Shown here in pieces: positions 1 through 9,190 of a stretch of DNA of 64,000 nucleotides (its first letter is position 1; each line of letters begins with the position of its first letter). The position numbers and the translations under genes are program-made. Under the pieces are notes generated by a model, which was not told where the DNA came from, made no database searches, and saw only the letters and a list, made by a program, of their open reading frames with translations. The stretch comes from an uncultured Eubacteriales bacterium (GTDB taxonomy: Bacteria > Bacillota > Clostridia > Oscillospirales > CAG-272): contig CAUGPT010000003.1 in assembly GCA_959601495.1 (NCBI GenBank), positions 2,222-66,221 on the forward strand. Direction: 5' to 3'.

Positions 1-597
1 TTTCGCATTCGGGTACTTTTCCTCAATCTCCATCATCTGCGCAAGGTTGACGGGGTCGCGCAGACGCAGCGAACGGGGGATATGCAGCATTACTATGCCG
101 CCAAGCTCGTCCATGACCTTGAGGTGCTCATGGGTGAGAAAATCGAAAATGCGCACTTCGTTTGCGGGTATGTAGGAAGGAGAATTGTTAAGATATGGCT
201 TTATGCCGTAAAATCCGGCTTTCATAGCCGCGCGAATCTCATCCGCAGGGGTATCCCAGTTTGTGCAGTAAAGCGCGGGGAGCCCCTCCTGCTTTGAGCA
301 GCCGAGAACATACTCGTTCACCTCGGGCAGCCTGCATGAGGGCATACCCATGATGACGGCGCGCACATTTTTGCCCGGGAACATCTGAAGATACGACTGC
401 TTCATATCCTCTATGGTAAGATCGGGAGCGACCATGTGAGGCCAGTTTACGCAGCCTTTTCTGTCTGCGGCGCTGTGGCGCTGCATCTCCTGCTTGTAAA
501 TGTGTACATGAACGTCTATGATATTGTCCGGCAGAAAGTCTCGAAGCTCTTCTTCATAAACCTGTCTGTCATAATCGGTTACATTTACACCGAACAT
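1..597 (-). CDS. amidohydrolase-family (metal-dependent hydrolase) protein, C-terminal part runs off window
   Basis: Open minus-strand frame reaches the window edge. ATG at 595-597 sits behind an AAGGAG RBS. Translation MFGVNVTDYDRQVYEEELRDFLPDNIIDVHVHIY... shows the HxH start typical of amidohydrolase TIM barrels. Missing from the ORF track because it is truncated. Confidence 0.6.
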   Translation of the reverse strand, partial: MFGVNVTDYDRQVYEEELRDFLPDNIIDVHVHIYKQEMQRHSAADRKGCVNWPHMVAPDLTIEDMKQSYLQMFPGKNVRAVIMGMPSCRLPEVNEYVLGCSKQEGLPALYCTNWDTPADEIRAAMKAGFYGIKPYLNNSPSYIPANEVRIFDFLTHEHLKVMDELGGIVMLHIPRSLRLRDPVNLAQMMEIEEKYPNAK

Positions 598-764
598 AAT
601 ATATCTCCTTATATAATTAAAATTTCATTATAAATATAGCACACGCGCCTGCCAAAGTCAACCGCGGTGCGCACATATTACGGCATATTTTGCTCATTTT
701 TGAAGTCTATTCCGTCATAGCGGCTGCAAATAATTAGGCGCGGCAATGCTGCCGCGCCCCGTAA

Positions 765-1211
765 TTATTTTTCTTCCTCTGCCATTACCTTTGCGATGCG
801 CGTGCTGTGACGTCCGCCCTCAAACTCCGTGTCGAGAAACAGATCGGTTATGTCGCAGGCAAGCCCCGCCCCGATAACTCTTGCGCCCATGCAAAGCACG
901 TTCGCGTCGTTGTGCATTCGTGTCATTCTTGCGCTGAACGTATCCGAGCAAACTGCCGCGCGTATGCCGCGCACCTTGTTTGCGCACATGCTCATGCCGA
1001 TACCGGTGCCGCAGATAAGTATGGCACAGTCGTATTTGCCCTCGGTCACGGCATGGCAGGCGGGAATACCGTAGTCGGGATAGTCCACGCTAGCGGTGCT
1101 GTCACAGCCCATGTCTGTATAGTCCTCGCCGCGCTCCTCAAGGTGACGGATGATCTCAAGCTTCAGTTCGTATCCGCCGTGGTCGCAGGCGATAGCGATC
1201 TTTTTTTTCAT
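765..1211 (-). CDS. rpiB: ribose-5-phosphate isomerase B (RpiB/LacA family)
   Basis: MKKKIAIACDHGGYELK...CGTGIGMSMCANKVRGIRAA matches the RpiB signature. I chose the internal ATG at 1211 over the longer ORF start at 1256. Confidence 0.9.
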   Translation of the reverse strand: MKKKIAIACDHGGYELKLEIIRHLEERGEDYTDMGCDSTASVDYPDYGIPACHAVTEGKYDCAILICGTGIGMSMCANKVRGIRAAVCSDTFSARMTRMHNDANVLCMGARVIGAGLACDITDLFLDTEFEGGRHSTRIAKVMAEEEK

Positions 1212-1324
1212 TTTGCAAATATCCTTTCTGAGTTTGTGCTGTATGTAAAGCCGCATGCCGGCTTTATATCGTTTTTGATCGGTCAGGCGGACGCTTTGAA
1301 AATATATGTATCATATCCGCTCGC

Positions 1325-2059
1325 TTACCGCCGCCCGGCGGTACCCGATGCACCGGCGGCAAGCGCCGCGGCGCGAAGGCGCTCGTCGCGCTCACGCTCC
1401 GCCTGCGGTTTTCGCAGATATACGGGCAGAAGCGCGTCAGGTGTGAAAATGCTCTTGTCTTCCGTTTTGTTCCATATATTTTCGGCAACTGCCGCAACAG
1501 ACGCCGCGCTTTGCAGTCTAAGGCGTTCCGGCGTTTCGAGCTTTCCGAATCCGCACACAAGATCGTAGCCGTCTCCGCAGAAATAAACGTTTTTGTCAAA
1601 TGCCGAAATTGCTTTTCCCAGTTCCTCCGCCCCGACAGCCATATCTTCGCTCATACGGGTGAGGTTTTTGCCGTCGGAGGAGAAAAGCGCCGTGTACACC
1701 TGGTCTCTGCGGGCATTCATGGCGGGGCAAATTATGCCTTCAAGCTCAACAAGATTATAGGCAAGTGCCTCAAGTGAAGATACAGGCACGCACGGAACAT
1801 TGTTTTTGTACGCCAGCCCCTTCACCGCCGCAGTTCCTATACGTACACCCGTAAATGACCCCGGACCCACGGACGCGGCGTAAATATCAATGTCGTAAAG
1901 AGCCGCATTGCAGAATTTCAGAAGCTGCTCTATCATGGGCAGCAGCGTAACGCTGTGAGTGTTTCCGGAATTCACCGTGCACTCGCCCAAAGTTTTTCCG
2001 TCGCGGCGCAAAGCCGCGCTGCAAACGGTCGCGGTAGTATCTACAGACAGGATAAGCAT
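1325..2059 (-). CDS. tsaB: tRNA t6A37 threonylcarbamoyltransferase complex dimerization subunit TsaB
   Basis: MLILSVDTTATVCSAAL...GPGSFTGVRIG is a YeaZ/TsaB-type N-terminus. It lies next to tsaE. Confidence 0.85.
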   Translation of the reverse strand: MLILSVDTTATVCSAALRRDGKTLGECTVNSGNTHSVTLLPMIEQLLKFCNAALYDIDIYAASVGPGSFTGVRIGTAAVKGLAYKNNVPCVPVSSLEALAYNLVELEGIICPAMNARRDQVYTALFSSDGKNLTRMSEDMAVGAEELGKAISAFDKNVYFCGDGYDLVCGFGKLETPERLRLQSAASVAAVAENIWNKTEDKSIFTPDALLPVYLRKPQAERERDERLRAAALAAGASGTAGRR

Positions 2060-2095
2060 ATGTTTTTTCCTTTAATATATTTTCGCCGTCCGGCG

Positions 2096-2524
2096 TCAGT
2101 CGTCGACTGTGATCTTTCGTTTTTCGCCGCCGAGCTTTTCGATGGTCACCTTGACCGCGCCCGCGGGGATCTCCGGCAGAAATTCGCTCCACTCCACAAT
2201 GCAGTGCCCGCCGGCAACATAGTCGTCAAAGCCTATGCCGTACAGCGCGTCGGCATCGTCCTCCAGACGGTACAGATCGAAATGGTAAAGAGGAACGCTG
2301 CCGCCAAGATACTCGTTTACGACGGTAAACGTGGGGCTCTTTACCCGACTTGTCGGCGAGAGCACGGAGGCGAAGCCGCGGACAAAAGCGGTTTTCCCCG
2401 CGCCGAGATCTCCGTACAGGCATACGAATATCCTGTCGTTTCCATTTCCGCAAAGCCTCCTTGCCAGAGAAGCTCCGCACTCCTCGGTCTCCGAGGCACT
2501 GTTCGTTATATACTCAAAAGACAT
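2096..2524 (-). CDS. tsaE: tRNA t6A37 threonylcarbamoyltransferase complex ATPase TsaE
   Basis: P-loop GDLGAGKTAFVRGF plus the SPTF motif. Start moved to the ATG at 2524 (MSFEYITNS...). Confidence 0.85.
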   Translation of the reverse strand: MSFEYITNSASETEECGASLARRLCGNGNDRIFVCLYGDLGAGKTAFVRGFASVLSPTSRVKSPTFTVVNEYLGGSVPLYHFDLYRLEDDADALYGIGFDDYVAGGHCIVEWSEFLPEIPAGAVKVTIEKLGGEKRKITVDD

Positions 2525-2685
2525 ATATGCCTCCGCAATTCGGTTTCCGACCGTCCTTTTGCGGGCGATACGGATATATCCAGTACAGTATAACACATAC
2601 GGCGCAAAATTTCAAATAAAACGAAAAAATAGTGCGCGTCTATTTACATTTTACAAAAGCTGTGCTATACTCATAGGGTAAATAA

Positions 2686-2762
2686 CCGCCCGTAGCTCAG
2701 CTGGATAGAGCACCGGATTCCGATTCCGGGTGCCGTAGGTTCGAATCCTGTCGGGCGGGCCA
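2686..2762 (+). tRNA. tRNA-Arg (anticodon CCG)
   Basis: Cloverleaf folded by hand. Acceptor CCGCCCG/CGGGCGG, D arm GCTC-AGCTGGATA-GAGC, anticodon arm CCGGA-TTCCGAT-TCCGG (anticodon CCG), T loop TTCGAAT, and an encoded CCA. Confidence 0.9.
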
Positions 2763-2764
2763 AG

Positions 2765-2796
2765 AAAAACCGTTTGCCAAAGGCAAACGGTTTTTC
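2765..2796 (+). terminator. rho-independent terminator after tRNA-Arg
   Basis: AAAAACCGTTTGCC-AA-GGCAAACGGTTTTT hairpin followed by a T run. Confidence 0.8.
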
Positions 2797-2799
2797 AGT

Positions 2800-2985
2800 T
2801 ATATTCGCCTTCGGCGAGTGATATTACTACGCAGTGATATTCGGTCTATGACCGAGTGATATTCGCTGCGCGAGTTTCTGCGGCGAATGTAATTTCATTG
2901 CGCCATAGGCGCAATCTCACTTTTGCCGCAGGCAGAAATATCACGCCGAACATAGTGAGGCATATCACTTATCTCTTTACAAGCT
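2800..2985. repeat. array of short tetraloop hairpins punctuated by GTGATATT / AATATCAC octamers
   Basis: GTGATATT occurs 3 times in direct orientation (2818, 2834, 2856). Its complement-like AATATCAC / CATATCAC occurs at 2937 and 2960. Small hairpins lie between them: TCGCC-TTCG-GCGA, CGGTC-TATG-ACCG, GCGCC-ATAG-GCGC. Confidence 0.6.
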
Positions 2986-3022
2986 TACTTTCTTATGCTA
3001 TATTTAATTTGAGGTGGTAACA

Positions 3023-3382
3023 ATGTCAGACAGCATCTTGCGTTATAAGTCAAAAGAATTTGCCAAACAAATAGTTTTTCTGTGTCGAAACATTAAGACA
3101 ACCGTCAAAGAATCAGTCCTGACAAATCAGCTTTTACGCTCCGGCACAAGCATCGGAGCAAACATTCATGAAGCGCAGTATGCACAAGGCAAAAAAGATT
3201 TCATATCCAAATTCGAAATAGCACTGAAAGAATGTTTCGAAACGGAATATTGGCTGGAACTTCTTTTTGAAACCGAATATATTTCGGAATCAGCATACAA
3301 ACCTATACAAAATCAATGCGGTGCAATCAGAAGAATGCTGATTGCGTCCCTTAACACAGCAAAGGAAAATGACAAACAATAA
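3023..3382 (+). CDS. four-helix-bundle protein (23S rRNA intervening-sequence protein / Avd-like family)
   Basis: MSDSILRYKSKEFAKQIV...LLRSGTSIGANIHEAQYAQGKKDFISKFEIALKECFETEYWLELL is the family's characteristic motif pattern. ATG 3023 follows a GAGGTGG RBS. The gene is AT-rich compared with its neighbours. Confidence 0.8.
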   Translation: MSDSILRYKSKEFAKQIVFLCRNIKTTVKESVLTNQLLRSGTSIGANIHEAQYAQGKKDFISKFEIALKECFETEYWLELLFETEYISESAYKPIQNQCGAIRRMLIASLNTAKENDKQ

Positions 3383-3453
3383 ATGGATTCAACAGGGATG
3401 AGTTTTTAAACTCGGATAGCTTATAAGCGCCTTAAGCTCACCCGTCGGCGCTT

Positions 3454-3500
3454 AAAAGCCCGCTCCTGCTTTCTCTCGGAAAGCGGGAGCGGGCTTTTGT
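3454..3500. terminator. bidirectional rho-independent terminator
   Basis: AAAAGCCCGCTCC(T)GCTTTC-loop-GAAAGC(G)GGAGCGGGCTTTTGTT lies between convergent genes. Confidence 0.8.
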
Positions 3501-3524
3501 TATGCCGCATTTTCGTCAATTGTC

Positions 3525-4091
3525 TTATCTGCACGTTTTTGCCGCAGTCATATCGTATGTACGTATATAGCGCGAAACATCCGCACCCATGTCCATATAA
3601 TTTTTCAAAAGCATTGCCGCCGCGCGGGCATCGCTGCCCGCGTTGTGATGGCAAAGATCAATGTCAAAACAGCTGCACATGGTATCGAGCCTGTGGTTCG
3701 GCAGCTCTGGACACATTTTTCTGCCCAGCGCGCAGGTGCAAACATACGAAAGCCTGTCCGGCGCGTCGGCGCCGTATGTCCTGAGGCATTTTGCCAGAAC
3801 GCCCATATCAAACGGCGCGTTGTGCGCCGCAAGCACCCCGCTGCACATTACGGGAGAGAGAACCTCCCAAAGCTCGCCGAAGGTGGGGCTGTCCGCCACA
3901 TCCGCGGGAGATATTCCCGTCAGCGCCACATTGAAGCGCGCAAACCATGTTTCGGGATTTACAAGAGTGTATATCTCGCGCACTATCTCCCCGCCCTCAA
4001 GCACCGAGACGCCTATGGCGCTCATGCGGTCGTTGAGGGAGTTGGGCGTTTCAACGTCAAAAACTACAAATCTGCCGCAATTTGAATTCAA
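3525..4091 (-). CDS. DEDDh 3'-5' exonuclease (DnaQ/epsilon-like domain protein)
   Basis: FVVFDVETPN (ExoI), AHNAPFDMGVL (ExoII) and HHNAGSDARAAA (ExoIII). TTG start sits 14 nt after the upstream stop. Confidence 0.8.
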   Translation of the reverse strand: MNSNCGRFVVFDVETPNSLNDRMSAIGVSVLEGGEIVREIYTLVNPETWFARFNVALTGISPADVADSPTFGELWEVLSPVMCSGVLAAHNAPFDMGVLAKCLRTYGADAPDRLSYVCTCALGRKMCPELPNHRLDTMCSCFDIDLCHHNAGSDARAAAMLLKNYMDMGADVSRYIRTYDMTAAKTCR

Positions 4092-4104
4092 GGTGCGCCG
4101 CCTT

Positions 4105-4554
4105 TCAGACAGGTATCTTGAAAACTGCCTTTTTCACGGAATCTGCCTTGTAGTGCAGCCCCGGGCGGTGCGCGTCGCAGGGGGCAAAATATGCAAATGT
4201 GCCCGCTGTCGCCCAAATCGTCGCGTAGTAACCGCCGCAGCAGTCGAAAAGCTCAAAATCGTCTTCCTCATTGTAGCCGCTGCCGCCGCTTACCATTTCA
4301 ATGGACGCGCCGTCCATACGCTCGTCGCCGGCGACTACTATCTGAAGATCGGCATATTTTCTGTGTGCCTCCCACTTGTCGGGCGCGGGATACGGCTCAT
4401 ACTCGCTGATGTTCACGAATATGCCCTCTCCCACATCGGTTCTGCCAATGGGCAGCGACGCAAGATCGTGAGCCTTCAGAAACTCGCATACGGTTTTAAC
4501 CGCGGGGCATACCCCCGCATAGCTTTCAAGATTTGTCAGCTTATCACAGAACAT
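4105..4554 (-). CDS. YhcH/YjgK/YiaL (EbgC-like, DUF386) family protein
   Basis: 149 aa. The pattern ...GRTDVGEGIFVNISEYEP...EAHRKYADLQIVVAGDE...FAPCDAHRPG is typical of the family. Confidence 0.7.
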   Translation of the reverse strand: MFCDKLTNLESYAGVCPAVKTVCEFLKAHDLASLPIGRTDVGEGIFVNISEYEPYPAPDKWEAHRKYADLQIVVAGDERMDGASIEMVSGGSGYNEEDDFELFDCCGGYYATIWATAGTFAYFAPCDAHRPGLHYKADSVKKAVFKIPV

Positions 4555-4556
4555 TT

Positions 4557-5597
4557 TCAGTCCTCCTCTGCCGCTCCGGAGCCCTCTCCGGGAACGTAAT
4601 CAATAAAATCAAATACCGCGCCCACCGATGCGGAGTCGGAATAGTAGACCATATCAGAGCCCTCGGGCGAATAATAGCAGCAGGTCTCGCTGCCCTCGGT
4701 GCCGTCCGCCTCCTTGAGCGACTGCACAAACGCCTTGCCTATGCGCAGCGTATACGTTTTATCGTCGCTGCCGGTATAATCGTTTCCGTCCTCATCAGTA
4801 TAGGTGGTGGATTTCACATACTTCACCGTAACTGTCGCGGAAGTCGAGTCTATACCGTACTCCGATACCATATCTTCGGCATTTGCATAATACGTTGCTC
4901 TGCTTGTAAGGTTCAGAACCTTTACATAGCCGAGAAGCTCGTCTATGCCGTCGGAATCGGTCACGGTGTTCGTTTTGCCGTCGGCGGTTTTCAGCGTGAT
5001 CTCTTTGACGTCCGTTGACTTGATCCCGTCCGCCGTCAGCGGGAATGCCTCGCTGCGGCACAGATCGTCAAGCTTTGCGGCAAGGGTCTCAGCGACCGAG
5101 GTCTCCGTGAGATACACGTTATCATCGCCGCTGACGCTGAGATACTGGCAGTTTTTATAGCTGTTTATATCGCCGAAAAGATATGTGACGCTTGTGCCGT
5201 CGGAAAACGCTGCGACCGCTCTGACGCCGGGTGCGTCAAGACCGTATTCAGCCTCTGTGCCCTGTCTGTCCGGAGCGATTTCGACGCTTGCCGAAATTTT
5301 TGAAAGCGTCTGCGCGATATTTGAAAGCTTTTCCTGATTTACGGGGAAATGCTCATCATCGTCGTACACCCATTCATCGTTAACGTACGAAAACGAAAGT
5401 CTGCCCGCCTTGGTGGTTATCTCCGCCGACGTTACCGTAAGCGAGGATTTGTCAATAACAACAACGGAGGTATCCTTGTTTTTTTCTTCCTCCTGCACCT
5501 TGTTGTAATGCTTCAGCGCGAATGTAGCGCCCACAAGGATGCCCAGAACGCAAAGCATTGCAGCAAGAGCGATTATCTTACCTTTTTTCTTTTTCAT
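4557..5597 (-). CDS. DUF4340-like membrane-anchored protein, last gene of the GldG-type ABC module
   Basis: N-terminal TM segment (MKKKKGKIIALAAMLCVLGILVGA) followed by a beta-rich extracytoplasmic domain. The position directly after a GldG-like gene is the usual context for DUF4340. Confidence 0.6.
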   Translation of the reverse strand: MKKKKGKIIALAAMLCVLGILVGATFALKHYNKVQEEEKNKDTSVVVIDKSSLTVTSAEITTKAGRLSFSYVNDEWVYDDDEHFPVNQEKLSNIAQTLSKISASVEIAPDRQGTEAEYGLDAPGVRAVAAFSDGTSVTYLFGDINSYKNCQYLSVSGDDNVYLTETSVAETLAAKLDDLCRSEAFPLTADGIKSTDVKEITLKTADGKTNTVTDSDGIDELLGYVKVLNLTSRATYYANAEDMVSEYGIDSTSATVTVKYVKSTTYTDEDGNDYTGSDDKTYTLRIGKAFVQSLKEADGTEGSETCCYYSPEGSDMVYYSDSASVGAVFDFIDYVPGEGSGAAEED

Positions 5598-5601
5598 TTT
5601 T

Positions 5602-7140
5602 TCACTTTCTTCGTCTTGATGCCCAGACCGCGATACCCACGATTATTGTGCAGACGGGGATTGCTATGCAGCAAACGGCGATGAACGTTCTCTGCTGCAC
5701 GGGAGTCACCGTGAGGTAGCTCTGCGACATTTCTTTTCCGATAAGTGATATTCTGTCGTTTTTCTCACAGGTTTTTGTGAGGATCGCGTTGAACAGATAT
5801 GAGTTGCCCGTGCCGCTTGCGTAGTTTGCGTCAAATACCGCAGGGCTTGCAAACCATATAAGCTCACCTTTGGACGCTCCGGTGTCGTCCTTCAGAACAG
5901 ACTGATACGCAAGGGAGTATTTACTTCTCACAACGTCATCGGTATCGGGCTGCCCGTCTCCGTTTTCGTCCTTGTATACAAAGGCTTTGTCGGAGGTCTC
6001 GAGCAGCGAATATGTTTCAACGGAGTTCTCGGCGCCATCGGTGTCGGCAGTCGTGATGGCGTGGCTCATAACCATATAGAAATAGTAGTTTGTGTTGTCA
6101 AGAGCCGATGTAATGCCGTTTCCGGTGATGCCGGCAAGTATCCAGTTTACATAGTTGTAGTAGTGTGAATCCTCGTCCTCAAGTATCTGCTCCTCAATGG
6201 CGCGAAGCCCCATGAACTTGCAGAAGCCCGCAAGGTTGGGCGTTTTCTCTTCTCCGTATGTTTCGACATACGTTGTAAGAATAACGTTTCCGCCGCCTTT
6301 TACATACGTTTTGAGTGACTCGGCCTCATCCGCGCTTATATCGGTCTGAGGTGCGTTTATAAGCACCGCACGCGCGTCCTCGGGAACGGCAACGCTTTCT
6401 CCGCCCTGCAGCGCAAGCTCCTTAAGCTCCACGTTTTCATCTTTGCAGAGCTTGCCGAAGCCGTCATCCTCTCCGAGGGCTGTTTCGCCGTGTCCGCTTA
6501 GCTCGTACACTACGGGCAGAGTCTCCTGCATAACGTAGTCAACAGCGCCGGTAACGGCATTCTCGGCAAAGAAATAATTCGTTGCCGCAGGCAGTGTCTG
6601 GCCGTAATATGAATAATACTGCGCCATCTGATTATACTCGCTGAGCGACATATACTGTCCCTCATAGCCGCTTATTTCGCACATGAAGATCTCGTCCGCC
6701 GTGACGGTCTTTGAGCGGCGCTCGCTGCCGTCGTCGTTCAGCGACTTGACCGTTATCATGTTCTGCGATACGGTCTCGTCCTGCACGTTGGTCTCGACTA
6801 TATCAACGGTCTTTACGGTTATATGAGAGCTTGCCTCGGCATATCTCTGCAGTATGCCCGAGATATAATTCGTGTTTGAGGTCTCCGTCGTGCTCGTTTT
6901 GCTGCCGTCAACGTAGTGGGTTATGACGATATCCGTGTCGAGACGGCTGAGAATATCCTTCGTTTCGCTGCCGATGGACATAAGTCCCGTTTTGGTCGTA
7001 TCGGGGTGCAGCACCGAATCGGGCAGCTGAGCCACGAGAATGTTGAGCACTATGACAATGGCAAGCGCCACCGCCGATATCACCAGTGCGAATGAGCCTT
7101 TTTTAAGAGCCTTTTTGTTGAACTTCTTTTCGTTTTTCAT
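5602..7140 (-). CDS. GldG-family ABC-transport auxiliary protein
   Basis: N- and C-terminal TM anchors flank a large extracytoplasmic domain. It follows the ABC-2 permease. Start set at the ATG at 7140 (MKNEKKFNKK) behind a GGAGGG RBS, not at the 7302 extension, which overlaps the permease. Confidence 0.7.
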   Translation of the reverse strand: MKNEKKFNKKALKKGSFALVISAVALAIVIVLNILVAQLPDSVLHPDTTKTGLMSIGSETKDILSRLDTDIVITHYVDGSKTSTTETSNTNYISGILQRYAEASSHITVKTVDIVETNVQDETVSQNMITVKSLNDDGSERRSKTVTADEIFMCEISGYEGQYMSLSEYNQMAQYYSYYGQTLPAATNYFFAENAVTGAVDYVMQETLPVVYELSGHGETALGEDDGFGKLCKDENVELKELALQGGESVAVPEDARAVLINAPQTDISADEAESLKTYVKGGGNVILTTYVETYGEEKTPNLAGFCKFMGLRAIEEQILEDEDSHYYNYVNWILAGITGNGITSALDNTNYYFYMVMSHAITTADTDGAENSVETYSLLETSDKAFVYKDENGDGQPDTDDVVRSKYSLAYQSVLKDDTGASKGELIWFASPAVFDANYASGTGNSYLFNAILTKTCEKNDRISLIGKEMSQSYLTVTPVQQRTFIAVCCIAIPVCTIIVGIAVWASRRRK

Positions 7141-7157
7141 ATTCCAAGACCCTCCTC

Positions 7158-7874
7158 TCAGCTCCAGCGCCGTTTTTCCAACGACTGCACGGTAAAGAAT
7201 ACGAACAGCGCCGCAACGCTTACATAATAGAGCGCGCAGCTCCAGTCGGGGTAGCCGTAGCCAATATCGTACATACGGCGGAAAATGCTCACTGCCCCGC
7301 AAAGCCCGCCGAAGAAGCCGGTGAGCGACGAGGTAATGCTGCCGATAATGTACAGAAGGATGATCACGGCAAGGCTGACAAGCGCCGTTATCATCTGGCT
7401 TTCAAACAAGGTCGAAACGAACATGCATATGGCGATGACCGCGCAGCCCGCAAGGAAATATGTCGCTATGCCGATATATGACATGAGGTACGGGACCTGA
7501 CCGTCGCAGAATACCGAAAACAGCAGCGGGAAAACGCAGAACAGCGCGCAGGGGATCGCAAAGACCGTTACGGCAGCAAAGTATTTGCCCAGCGTTACCT
7601 GCGTTCCCGTAATGGGAAGCGAGTAAAGAAGCTGATCCGTTTTGCTGTGCCGCTCCTCGGAGAACATTCGCATGGTCACAAGGGGAACGAACAAAAGCGA
7701 CCAGAACGACGCGCTTATGAGCGTATACTCAAAATGCGCGCTGCCAGAACCTGTTGAATTGAAGCTGTTGAGAAAGCAGAAAACACTGACAATGGCAAAT
7801 ATAAGCGCCATGAACAGCGGAGCCGCAACTCCTCGCATGGAGGTGCGAAGTTCTTTTCTGTATACCGCGCCCAT
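7158..7874 (-). CDS. ABC-2 family transporter permease
   Basis: 238 aa with six predicted TM segments. Start overlaps the ATPase stop (TAATG). Confidence 0.75.
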   Translation of the reverse strand: MGAVYRKELRTSMRGVAAPLFMALIFAIVSVFCFLNSFNSTGSGSAHFEYTLISASFWSLLFVPLVTMRMFSEERHSKTDQLLYSLPITGTQVTLGKYFAAVTVFAIPCALFCVFPLLFSVFCDGQVPYLMSYIGIATYFLAGCAVIAICMFVSTLFESQMITALVSLAVIILLYIIGSITSSLTGFFGGLCGAVSIFRRMYDIGYGYPDWSCALYYVSVAALFVFFTVQSLEKRRWS

Positions 7875-8917
7875 TATCTGTCACCGTCCTTTCCGTCACC
7901 GTTTTCGCTGTCCGCGCCGGAGGTGTTCTCCTCGGGGACAGTATTTTCGGCTTCTGCCGAAATTTCTCTGTCGTCTGCCGCGTTTTCGGTTGCACCGTCT
8001 GCAGGTGATGCGTCCGCGCCAAGCCCGAGAGTGCTTTCGGTTTTTTCGCTGTCTGCGGGTACAGGCGTTTCGTTTTCGTCCTCGTCGGCGTAAACTTCGG
8101 TATAGTATGCCGCGCCCTTTTCGCTCGCAACTTTTATTTTCTTTCTGTTTTTGTCCCTCGCTTCTCTTTCAAGCTCACGCTGAGCGGCGTATGCCGCGCC
8201 CGCGTCGAGGCTTTCACCCGCAAGACGGATGAATACGCTCTCAAGAGACTCGTTCTCGCCCACAAGCTCGCTTATATCGCCGTCGGCAACGACCTTTCCG
8301 CGGGAGATCATTATAACGTAGTCGCAGACCGCGTCTATCTCCTGAAGGATATGGCTCGAAAGTATAACGGCGTGCTCCTCTTTCAGAGACACGATGAGCT
8401 CGCGCACCTCAATGATCTGAAGCGGGTCGAGACCGACCGTGGGCTCGTCGAGAATGATGTACTCGGGATCGCCCAGTATCGCCTGCGCAATACCGACTCT
8501 CTGACGGTATCCCTTTGAAAGGTTGCGGATAAGTCTGTTCGCGACATCCGCAATACCCGTTTTATTCATAACGGATATGATACTGTCGTACAGCTCCGCC
8601 TTTGCGATGCCCTTTGCGCGGCCCACAAACTCCAGATACTCAAGCGGAGTCATGTCCGTGTAAAGCGGCGGCAGCTCGGGCAGATAACCTATGCGGCGCT
8701 TTGCCTCAACCGCGTCTTCGCAGATATCCAGACCGTCCACAAGCACCTCTCCCGATGTGGGTGCAAGGCAGCCGGTTATCATGTTCATTGTCGTGGATTT
8801 GCCCGCACCGTTGGGACCGAGAAAGCCGTATACCTTCCCTTTTTCCACCTTGAAGCTTATATCCCGAACGGCGGGAATGGCTCCGTAGTTTTTACAAAGA
8901 TCTTTAACTTCTATCAA
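7874..8917 (-). CDS. ABC transporter ATP-binding protein with a long acidic low-complexity C-terminal tail
   Basis: Walker A GPNGAGKST, signature LSKGYRQR, Walker B ILDEPT. I prefer the TTG at 8917 behind GGGAGGAA. The ATG at 8953 is an alternative start. Confidence 0.85.
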   Translation of the reverse strand: MIEVKDLCKNYGAIPAVRDISFKVEKGKVYGFLGPNGAGKSTTMNMITGCLAPTSGEVLVDGLDICEDAVEAKRRIGYLPELPPLYTDMTPLEYLEFVGRAKGIAKAELYDSIISVMNKTGIADVANRLIRNLSKGYRQRVGIAQAILGDPEYIILDEPTVGLDPLQIIEVRELIVSLKEEHAVILSSHILQEIDAVCDYVIMISRGKVVADGDISELVGENESLESVFIRLAGESLDAGAAYAAQRELEREARDKNRKKIKVASEKGAAYYTEVYADEDENETPVPADSEKTESTLGLGADASPADGATENAADDREISAEAENTVPEENTSGADSENGDGKDGDR

Positions 8918-9190
8918 ACCGTGTTCCTCCCGGTTAAAATTTAGCGGCACCATGCCTTAATGTTTTAATTATAGCACCGCGAAAATAAAAATGTGCGGTT
9001 TTTAGTAATAATTTACAATTTGATTTCAGAAAATTCTTGTCCTTCCACCCGAAACCCACATAAAAAGCGCGTTTGCGGCGCATATCGCATAATTTTGCCG
9101 CCCCGCCGCAGCTGTTTTGCGCGCCGCCTCTGTTTGCATTGTTCCCGCTCTCCATTCGCCGCCTGCGGCGTGTATGCTTTCGCAGTACCG

